From Acaryochloris marina MBIC11017 (lineage in GTDB: Bacteria > Cyanobacteriota > Cyanobacteriia > Thermosynechococcales > Thermosynechococcaceae), in the NCBI RefSeq assembly GCF_000018105.1, contig NC_009925.1, forward strand, positions 2,610,001 through 2,642,000: a DNA stretch of 32,000 nucleotides, read 5' to 3'. This document shows, piece after piece, positions 9,169 through 16,311 of this stretch; the first letter of the stretch is position 1, and each line of letters starts with the position of its first letter. The notes beneath the pieces were generated by a model, which was given only the letters and a program-made list of their open reading frames with translations, did not search any database and was not told the DNA's origin. The position numbers and the translations under genes are program-made.

Positions 9169-9774
9169 ATGAATCACTCAGCTCCACAACCCAATCCTGA
9201 AGAGCTTTCCAACTGGGCAGCCTTATCGGCGCTGGGTGCGTTGGCTGGGGACGATCAGCTAGCCGAGTCCTTTTCAGCGGATGAACTGGATGCAGAAATT
9301 GCTGGGTTTGAAGATGCGGTATCTGCGATCGCATACAGCGTTCCCGCCATGCCCATATCTCCCAAGCTGAAGGAGCGGCTGTTTCAACGGATTGACGCCA
9401 CCACTCTCCAATCTGCTGAGCTATACGCGCTCATCTCTCAGCCTATTGAGGAGTTAATTGCCCTATCCAATCAATTGCAATGGCAAGACATAGAAGGGCC
9501 AGGTGAGTTTAAGCATGCGGTCTACCAAACCAACACCCTACATCGAGAGCTGGCCTTTTTTGTCAAGTCTGACCAAGGGGGGCTTTTCCCCAAGCATCAT
9601 CACGCCGCTGGGGAAGAAATTTTGGTCTTGGCTGGCGATTTGGTGGTGGATGACCAGGTGTATCAGAAGGGAGATCGCATTGTGTCTGCGGCAGATACCA
9701 TTCATCAACCTGCCACCCGCAACGGTTGTCTCCTATTCTGCGTTGCCTCTATGGACAATCAGTTTGTGTCTTAG
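9169..9774 (+). CDS. Putative cytoplasmic anti-sigma factor with a C-terminal cupin (ChrR-like) domain
   Basis: It lies directly downstream of the ECF sigma gene. The N-terminus is anti-sigma-like (WAALSALGALAGDD...) and the C-terminus is cupin-like (HHHAAGEEILVLAGDLVVDDQVYQKGDRIV...IHQP). I saw no TM segment and no HxxxCxxC zinc motif. Confidence 0.6.
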   Translation: MNHSAPQPNPEELSNWAALSALGALAGDDQLAESFSADELDAEIAGFEDAVSAIAYSVPAMPISPKLKERLFQRIDATTLQSAELYALISQPIEELIALSNQLQWQDIEGPGEFKHAVYQTNTLHRELAFFVKSDQGGLFPKHHHAAGEEILVLAGDLVVDDQVYQKGDRIVSAADTIHQPATRNGCLLFCVASMDNQFVS

Positions 9775-9789
9775 ATGTCAAAGTAGACG

Positions 9790-10017
9790 TCAGTCTTTGA
9801 GGCCACAGATCATGTCATCTATGGATTGACTGCTTTGGGTATCCTCTGATTCGACCATCCCTGCATAGTTCATCCAAGGTTGTGAACCATCAACTGGCGG
9901 AACATTACGCAAAGAGCTTTTCCGAAGCTCTGCTAGGGAAATACCTAACCGTTCAGCTTCTTGCTTTGCAGCCTGATATTTTTCTTCAGATAAGCTACTC
10001 TGGATGCGAAGCACCAT
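9790..10017 (-). CDS. Ribbon-helix-helix (CopG/VapB-like) antitoxin; no toxin gene present
   Basis: The N-terminus MVLRIQSSLSEEKYQAAKQEAERLGISLAELRKSSL is RHH-like. The acidic C-terminal tail (PWMNYAGMVESEDTQSSQSIDDMICG) is typical of VapB-class antitoxins. The ATG at 10017 lies inside the attC-2 outer core, and the ORF ends 15 bp from the convergent anti-sigma gene. Confidence 0.55.
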   Translation of the reverse strand: MVLRIQSSLSEEKYQAAKQEAERLGISLAELRKSSLRNVPPVDGSQPWMNYAGMVESEDTQSSQSIDDMICGLKD

Positions 10018-10098
10018 AACGGTGGAGTTGTGCGGCGGCAAGCGACTGCTAAGTTTTATCAATCCCTTTATCCCGTCCGCACCAACGAAGTGTTAGCT
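10014..10098 (-). other. attC-like recombination site 2 (end of the R-M cassette)
   Basis: On the + strand the site reads CCATAACGG-N9-GCGGCGG ... CCGTCCGC-N9-GTGTTAGCT. Stem pairs are 10027-10030/10083-10086, 10031-10035/10077-10081 and 10036-10038/10073-10075, with C10082 and T10076 unpaired. It has the same skeleton and spacing as attC-1. Confidence 0.6.
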
Positions 10099-11270
10099 GT
10101 TTCATTTGACCGGGGAGATATAGCTTGGACTAAAGAGTTAGCTATTCGATAACCCAACTCTACAGGTACAGCATTACCGATCTGCCTCATTGCTTCTGTC
10201 CATGAGCCAGAAATCCTATAATTGTCTGGAAAGGTCTGGATTCTTTTAGCTTCAAACGTAGTGTAATAGCGTATTCGACCATCTTGATATCTAATCATAT
10301 TTTCTCCACCAGGAACTCCATGATCTCCTGCCTTAAGGGCTTTAGAGGGCATATCAATATAGCTACCAGTATGTCCAGGATAAGATCGCGCACCTTCTCT
10401 CAAGACATGTTCATTATCAAAACTACCTTGGATGTCAGGAGCTGGAAGTTTTCCAATTTGATCCCGAACTGTCTTCCAGGGTTCTAGAGAAGGAGAAAAT
10501 AAACTAGGCTGTTGCATGAGCTGCTTAGCTCGTTGTTGTGTTCTTTGGTCTAGATGTTCAATTTCTAAGGGATTGACCGCATTTCTTATCCAGTAAGCGC
10601 CAGTAATAAATTGTGACCACAATAGAGAATCTAAAGAATGAGATTCTTCAGGAAAAGACCACTCGATATTTAAATCTTCTCTAATTCCAACAATAAAAAC
10701 TCTTTCTCGGCGCTGAGGAACCCCATAATTTGCAGCGTCTACTAGCCGAAAAACAACATTATATTTGATGCCATCATACTTCCCTGAAGTGTGAATCTTC
10801 TCAAGCCTTGCAAGATGATCTTCCCAACGTTCTGAAGCTTGAAGAGAAAGGTCAGGATATCTCAACCTCAAGAGAATGTACTCAAAATAGCTACTGAAGG
10901 ACTTACGTAGCAACCCTTTGACATTCTCAAAGACAAAAGCTTTAGGTGTACAAACACTTATCGCTTTACAGGCGTAAGGGAACATATCTCGTTTATCCAT
11001 ATTCCCTTTATGTTTTCCTCCCATCGAAAATGGTTGACATGGAGGTCCACCAGAAACTATGTCAACATGACCAAATTGTGAAAATTTAAATGTACGAATA
11101 TCTACATTATGAACAAGCTGAGCACTGTAGTTATTAGCTAAAGTGATGCAAGCATCCTTGTTCCATTCAACAAAAGCCGTGTGCTGAACTCCAGCCTTTT
11201 CTAGACCTTTTGCCAGACCTCCAGCTCCTGTGAACAACTCTAAACAGGATAATTTAGGCATCTTCTTCAT
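10068..11270 (-). CDS. DNA (cytosine-5)-methyltransferase
   Basis: Motif I FTGAGGL, motif IV GGPPCQPFS, motif VI ENVKGL, motif VIII QRRERVFIVG, motif X GNAVP. It overlaps the upstream nuclease gene by 17 nt. Confidence 0.93.
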   Translation of the reverse strand: MKKMPKLSCLELFTGAGGLAKGLEKAGVQHTAFVEWNKDACITLANNYSAQLVHNVDIRTFKFSQFGHVDIVSGGPPCQPFSMGGKHKGNMDKRDMFPYACKAISVCTPKAFVFENVKGLLRKSFSSYFEYILLRLRYPDLSLQASERWEDHLARLEKIHTSGKYDGIKYNVVFRLVDAANYGVPQRRERVFIVGIREDLNIEWSFPEESHSLDSLLWSQFITGAYWIRNAVNPLEIEHLDQRTQQRAKQLMQQPSLFSPSLEPWKTVRDQIGKLPAPDIQGSFDNEHVLREGARSYPGHTGSYIDMPSKALKAGDHGVPGGENMIRYQDGRIRYYTTFEAKRIQTFPDNYRISGSWTEAMRQIGNAVPVELGYRIANSLVQAISPRSNETANTSLVRTG

Positions 11271-11943
11271 TCAATTCATTCATAAAAGCTTCAATGCTTT
11301 GCAAGAGATCTGCTTTATTAGCGTGAACTCCCTGACATTTTTCCGCCCAAAGGCGGCCTGGGTGGCAAACATCCCAGTCAGATTTTGCTTGCTCATATCG
11401 CCCTTTTCCAGGATCGTGGTTACCAAAACCATCAATTAAAGTATTCCAAAGTGGTTGATATTTCCTGATAAGAGCTGCTTCAACAGTTCCAATTAAGTCG
11501 CTTTCTTTACCCTCAAGAATCATGAATCTACAGAAAAAGTCGGAGCTGTTTACACCTTCTCCGATCTCTATACTGCGACTATGTTCTCTTATTCGATTAT
11601 TTAGCTCATAGCTTTTTGTATCTGAAGATGATGACTGTCTGGCTTGTCTCCAGCCTTTGGGGACTGCTTTTCCAACATAGATAGGAATATGAAATGCAGT
11701 CCTATTAACTGAATTAAATCTTGAATAAATTCCAGACTTAGCGATGCAATACAAGGCATAAACACCTGTGCCGTGAAAACGTGTGGGCACGGGAATTGAA
11801 TGCACAGGTGTACCGTTAAAAAAACGTATTGTGTCCTTGATTATTTCATCAAAATCCGGAGAAACGTAGACATGTTTAGAGCGGTCAAAACTATTCATAT
11901 GACTAAATTTAGACCGATAACCGTAAGCAAAGCAGCGCCACAT
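11254..11943 (-). CDS. GIY-YIG type II restriction endonuclease, Eco29kI-like
   Basis: GVYALY...IPIYVGKA (the GIY and YIG elements), NNRIREH (Arg/His), TVEAAL (Glu) and LWNTLIDGFGNHDPGKGR (Asn). The gene is translationally coupled to the C5-methyltransferase gene. An alternative start is the ATG at 11898. Confidence 0.72.
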   Translation of the reverse strand: MWRCFAYGYRSKFSHMNSFDRSKHVYVSPDFDEIIKDTIRFFNGTPVHSIPVPTRFHGTGVYALYCIAKSGIYSRFNSVNRTAFHIPIYVGKAVPKGWRQARQSSSSDTKSYELNNRIREHSRSIEIGEGVNSSDFFCRFMILEGKESDLIGTVEAALIRKYQPLWNTLIDGFGNHDPGKGRYEQAKSDWDVCHPGRLWAEKCQGVHANKADLLQSIEAFMNELNEEDA

Positions 11944-12030
11944 TATATTCGATTTTGCTGCCCTTATGTTTGAAGTGAAGCTAATTTGCTATCAGGAAGC
12001 ATTAAAGGGACAGCAGCAAAGCCCCTAGAC

Positions 12031-12116
12031 GGCTAACGGCACAACGTAGCGGCTGCAGATAACCTTGAACTCAGCACCAGTAGCCTTCTACCGTCCGCTG
12101 CCGTGATGTGTTAGGC
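12031..12116 (-). other. attC-like recombination site 1 (end of the PD-(D/E)xK cassette)
   Basis: On the + strand the site reads GGCTAACGG-N9-GCGGC ... CCGTCCGC-N9-GTGTTAGGC. The outer cores GGCTAAC/GTTAGGC pair at 6 of 7 positions. GCGG 12049-12052 pairs with CCGC 12095-12098 and T12094 is unpaired. The site starts 11 bp after the ORF stop. Confidence 0.65.
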
Positions 12117-12126
12117 GAGCTACAAA

Positions 12127-13101
12127 TCATCTCCGCTGCTTAGATAAAGTACGAGCGGCTTTAGAAGTAGCTTTCTTGATGTCAGTCATTAAAGTATCAA
12201 AGTTAGACGTTTGACAAATTACAAATTGAGTAAAATATTGGACAAGAGTAAAACGCCTTCCCTCTGATAATGACTTGCAAAGAAACGAAGGTAAATAAAA
12301 TCCGTATTCTCCGTTTTCTGCGCGGTACTTTTCAATATCATTGAATTCATCGAAATCAAGTTGCCCAAGCTTTGAGCACTCACGAGTACAGTGTCTTTCA
12401 AAATCAGGACCATAATCTGAATACAGGACTAAATAGGGAGTCGATTTTGCAATGTCAGTAAGGACAGTTGCATCCTCAACCATATTGGCTGTGAGTTTAT
12501 TATGTGCGACTAGAAGTTCAGCAGTAGTAAGGAGTATTGGGCACACGATAAAAGGAATACTATCTTCACGATGTCCGTATAAATTGAAAAGAGCTGCTTC
12601 AGAAATGAGTCGTGGGAGAGCATATTGGAGTTGTGAGATTCCATGTTTGATCTCAGCATCATACACACGACCATCTGATTCATCTACTTCTACTCCCTTG
12701 TAACAATGATGCGCGTTTTCATCAAACTCCACCGTTGCATTGGAGCGGAAGAATTTCTGGGAAAACCTATCGATAGTGCGAATGGTTCGACCAAGCACAA
12801 TTGGCGAAAAGTCAGCTCTGTTGGGATCTGGGCAGAATAACCATTTAACGTTTGGATTCCGTTGCTTACATTCTACCAACAGTTCAAGCTGGGCTGTTAT
12901 CTTATTGGGGTTGGAGAATGGTAAGAAAGCAGAGGCTTTCAAATCGACTGAAAAATCTTTGGCAATACCAGAATCATCACGAGCATAGGTGTAATCAGCA
13001 TCAATAGAAAAACCGTGCGAAACAAGAGACTTTGCCACTTCAAACTCCAAAGGAAGACTTGAGGAGACAAGTTTACTTTTCCATTTAGTAGAAATAGACA
13101 T
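12127..13101 (-). CDS. Uncharacterised protein with an N-terminal PD-(D/E)xK (Mrr-cat-like) nuclease motif
   Basis: The N-terminus is LPLEFEVAKSLVSHGF...DFSVDLKA...LELLVECKQ, which fits the E...D...E-x-K pattern. I do not recognise the C-terminal ~200 aa. Confidence 0.6.
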   Translation of the reverse strand: MSISTKWKSKLVSSSLPLEFEVAKSLVSHGFSIDADYTYARDDSGIAKDFSVDLKASAFLPFSNPNKITAQLELLVECKQRNPNVKWLFCPDPNRADFSPIVLGRTIRTIDRFSQKFFRSNATVEFDENAHHCYKGVEVDESDGRVYDAEIKHGISQLQYALPRLISEAALFNLYGHREDSIPFIVCPILLTTAELLVAHNKLTANMVEDATVLTDIAKSTPYLVLYSDYGPDFERHCTRECSKLGQLDFDEFNDIEKYRAENGEYGFYLPSFLCKSLSEGRRFTLVQYFTQFVICQTSNFDTLMTDIKKATSKAARTLSKQRR

Positions 13102-13382
13102 CCAGGATTAATAAATAGTATCAGCCACTATAACGCTGATCTTCGACGATTTCCGGGTACTGTTCCAGTTAAAGAGCGAAGCTGCCTAACTATGGTTATA
13201 CGACAGACTGACGTATAACTCTCCTATATAGAATATTAGATGCCAAGTGTCGTATAACAACCTTCCAACGGGAATTAAATGTCAAGTGTCGCCTAATACC
13301 ACTGATTTGGATAGTATTGCGACATATTATCGGATAAAACCCCTATTCTCACCCCTATTGAATCAAGCTTCCCATAACTGTA
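13102..13382. other. attI-like region between cassette 1 and intI
   Basis: GCCTAAC at 13184-13190 reads GTTAGGC on the cassette strand and lies 193 bp from the intI start. Short CGTATAAC-type repeats occur nearby: GGTTATACGAC around 13194-13204, GACGTATAAC around 13210-13220 and GTCGTATAAC around 13249-13258. Confidence 0.5.
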
Positions 13383-13789
13383 ATGTCTCCTGGTGTCCAG
13401 AAACAGCCTCCACGCCTGCTAGATCAAGTTCGTCAATCAGCCAGACTTAGGCATTTTAGTCACAAGACTGAAAAGTCATACATCTACTACATTCGATCAT
13501 TCATCCTGTTCCATCAGAAACGCCACCCTCGTGAAATGGGAGTTGACGAGATTCACGCCTATCTCTCTCACCTCGCCATCGATAAACAGGTAGCAGCCTC
13601 AACTCAAAATGTGGCATTGAGCGTTTTACTGTTTCTCTATCAGCACGTTCTGTCAATTTATTTACCTTACATTGACAAGATTGAGCGCGCTCGCAAGCCA
13701 GCACGGTTACCCACGGTCTTTTCACGCTCTGAAATCGCGGAGATTCTAGATAATATGAGTAGGGGCCACTTGTTGACGGCCAGCTTCTT
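13383..13789 (+). pseudogene. intI: Integron-integrase-type tyrosine recombinase gene; only the N-terminal ~135 codons remain
   Basis: LLDQVRQSARLRHFSHKTEKSYIYYIRSFILFHQKRHPREMGVDEIHAYLSHLAIDKQVAASTQNVALSVLLFLYQHVL...ARLPTVFSRSEIAEIL matches the conserved IntI N-terminal core-binding domain. Similarity ends at ...LLTASFL, and the catalytic domain is absent. Confidence 0.75.
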
Positions 13790-15152
13790 AAGCTTTGGCG
13801 TTCTCCTGTGTTGCATCCCTAGCTGTTGAGAGACGTTCTTGCGCTTCAGCCACCCATTGATTCACTTCTGGTTGCGTCTCCAGAACAATCGGATTTTGCT
13901 GGGCTTTAGTCAGACACTTCTTCCAATCGGGTAGTGCTTTCTGCTGCTCATTCTTCGCTTCAGACACTTTAGCCAGCATACAAAATGGATCAGGGGCATT
14001 CGGCTCCATCTGGGCTGCCTGCTGAAGATGGTGTTCAGCCTTCGAGAAAAACTTCTGCTTTAACCGTGCCCACCCTAAATTCTTAAGAAGGCTATATTTC
14101 AGTTGTTTACCCTCGGGTGTCTCTTTATTACCTTGTTGTTCTAGCTTCCGCAACCCTGCCTGCAATAGCGGAGCCGCTTTGCCATACTCTTCATCGACAA
14201 TATCCAGCTCAGCTAAATTGTTATGGGCCTGCAGCCAAATCATCAGATCATCGCAATGGTCAGCATTAGCAGCATTACAGTTCACAAGGTCTTTCTGAGT
14301 CACCACAAGCTGATACTGTGCCTTCGCTTTTTCAAGCTGCTGCAAATCTTCATGGACCAAGGCCAAATTGAAATGCGCCTTAGGAAAATCTTGCTTCAGG
14401 GCAATCGCCCGCTTAAAGTCTTTGCGAGCACTGTCTAACTTGCCATTCTGATAATGAGCTTCGCCATTCTGGTTAGCCGTTTCCGCAAATCCAGGCAATG
14501 CAGAATGGATACCAGCCAGAGATAAAACTAGGATCAGGGCGAAGGTAAAACTTGCCTCCTGCCAATAGCGCTTATTGATCCGTATCCGACAGAGAAGACG
14601 CTCATAGGCTTGTCGGCCAGCTTGAGTTAAGGCCCCTCCCCCCGCGAGCAAGGCCAATAGGCTTTGGCCGGAGATCATTAAGGTTGAACCCAAGTCGATA
14701 CCCCCCGAGAATAGGCGAGTAGCAGTATCAGTAATTAAACTGGCCGAGATGGTCAAAATAACCAGGGTTCCGGCATTAAACAGCCAATCATATTCGTTCC
14801 ACCAATGCCTAGGTTCTGGAGCCCTGAGAAACCACCACCAAGAAGTGTGGGGCGGATTAACCAACTGCTGCCAAGCCTCTAAATCAAGGTGAGTCGCAAT
14901 CAAGACTTCATATTTTTTGAGATAGCAATCTAAATCCGCTAGCCGCAATAACTGCTGAGAACTCAACAAGGATCGCTCCGTCATCAAGGCCTGGATTTGA
15001 TCACGACAGGTCAAAAGATTGAGAATTTCTTCTGGCTTAAATTTGCCCTTGGGGCGATCAAAGATTTGCAAGCTAACACGATACTGATTCAGCAGCTTGT
15101 TGAACTCAGGTGACTGAGCAGGCTCATCAACCGTCAAAGAATGGGTATGCAT
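13788..15152 (-). CDS. Membrane-anchored TPR-repeat protein
   Basis: An N-terminal soluble region is followed by about 3-4 TM helices (LVILTISASLI..., LMISGQSLLALLAGGGAL, FTFALILVLSLAGI) and then C-terminal TPR repeats. I chose the ATG at 15152; the ORF-track start at 15197 is TTG. Confidence 0.7.
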   Translation of the reverse strand: MHTHSLTVDEPAQSPEFNKLLNQYRVSLQIFDRPKGKFKPEEILNLLTCRDQIQALMTERSLLSSQQLLRLADLDCYLKKYEVLIATHLDLEAWQQLVNPPHTSWWWFLRAPEPRHWWNEYDWLFNAGTLVILTISASLITDTATRLFSGGIDLGSTLMISGQSLLALLAGGGALTQAGRQAYERLLCRIRINKRYWQEASFTFALILVLSLAGIHSALPGFAETANQNGEAHYQNGKLDSARKDFKRAIALKQDFPKAHFNLALVHEDLQQLEKAKAQYQLVVTQKDLVNCNAANADHCDDLMIWLQAHNNLAELDIVDEEYGKAAPLLQAGLRKLEQQGNKETPEGKQLKYSLLKNLGWARLKQKFFSKAEHHLQQAAQMEPNAPDPFCMLAKVSEAKNEQQKALPDWKKCLTKAQQNPIVLETQPEVNQWVAEAQERLSTARDATQENAKA

Positions 15153-15774
15153 CTTTACAAGCAGAATTGAATAACAGCAGTCAAGATTCAGGCGCAACCA
15201 ATTTATCTAGCAAAAGCTAAAAATTATGCCATCAGCTCTTGAGAGAAAGATTATTCTTATCATAAAAACAAATGAAAATATCTAAAGTGAGTCTGGTCAC
15301 CATCACTAATAGTTCTAAATAATTTATTAAAAACTATCAGACTAGTCACTAAAAGTTATGGGGTTTATTAGTGCTAGCTCTATTTTTTCAGTTAGGCTCA
15401 GCCGGTCAAAAAAGTAAAAATTCTTCGATTTCACCCATCAATTTATTGATATACAGATCTTTTAGCCTTCAGTGTATCTCAAATAGGAATAGAGATAGTT
15501 ACGGTGAGCGATCATCCTAAACATACTTTATTAGCTCTCGGCAAGAAAGACTTCAAGAGACATTATTGGATTTCTAGACAGTGAGCAATCTTAAGATTCT
15601 ATAAGAAAGGGAAGACTAAAAAATCTGAGTACAAAATAAACAAAATTAAAGAATGGCGTAAAAATGGCCATTTGAAATGATGTTAGATATTAGAAGCTTG
15701 AATGAATTAGACAGCTCAGTTTTAAAATAATCATCTTTTTTATTTCCCATTTGTGAAACCTGGAGATCTAGAAA

Positions 15775-16119
15775 ATGCCAACTGTAGATTCACTTCCCAT
15801 CGAACAAAAAGTTGCTTTCCGCCGAAAGTCCGTTCAAGTTATGCGAGATCTGTTCGATCTCTCTGCATTGATGGTTTCAGTAGAAGACTATCAAAAAGCA
15901 AAAGATAATTTCTTTTCCCCTGCTCAAAAAATCTGGTTTATGTTCGGTGGTACTATCAAGCGCTTGGAGCCAGGCTTAGGCAACCAAATCGAATCCCACA
16001 TCAATGCCATCAACCCTCTGTTGGATCAAGCTGCTCCCAATCGTGCTTTGACCGCTAGCCTAGATGAGCTGAAGCGATTGATGGCATCAGCTGTAACGAT
16101 TAGCGATGCCAAACTTTAG
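15775..16119 (+). CDS. Hypothetical 114-aa protein upstream of the lipoxygenase fusion gene
   Basis: A GGAGA lies about 9 nt upstream of the ATG. The ORF has ordinary composition inside a very AT-rich intergenic region. I recognise no family. Confidence 0.45.
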   Translation: MPTVDSLPIEQKVAFRRKSVQVMRDLFDLSALMVSVEDYQKAKDNFFSPAQKIWFMFGGTIKRLEPGLGNQIESHINAINPLLDQAAPNRALTASLDELKRLMASAVTISDAKL

Positions 16120-16311
16120 TACTGCTGTCAAACTAGACTGAAATTCTTTTCAATCCTAGAGATTAGGAGCTATTTCAGCGGGTTAGGCCATCGAATAAGA
16201 TTTCAAAACTGAATTTCGTATCAACCTATCTCAAATTTATCTTTCTGCCGGTAGATAGGTTGTTTTGTGCTCTCAAACGATCAAACCATCAGACCCTTAA
16301 GGTAATTAACC

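Larger units (their letters stand above)
9775..13789. mobile_element. Decayed integron-like island: truncated intI, attI-like region and about 3 cassettes
   Basis: See the findings. The island is AT-richer than its flanks and contains no GCGATCGC. It is bounded by the anti-sigma stop (9774) and the stop codon of the TPR gene (13788-13790). Confidence 0.7.

Noticed and set aside
9943-9949. ACCTAAC (GTTAGGT on the minus strand), a perfect GTTRRRY core that could be the outer core of attC-2.
   Set aside because: Pairing it with 10092-10098 would give a 156-bp site with almost no stem, and it lies inside the RHH coding sequence (Leu-Gly codons). The 10014-10098 solution folds well and matches the attC-1 skeleton.
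13247-13450. A 67-aa plus-strand ORF overlapping the attI-like region and the intI start.
   Set aside because: It is out of frame with the clearly IntI-like reading frame and has no recognisable features.
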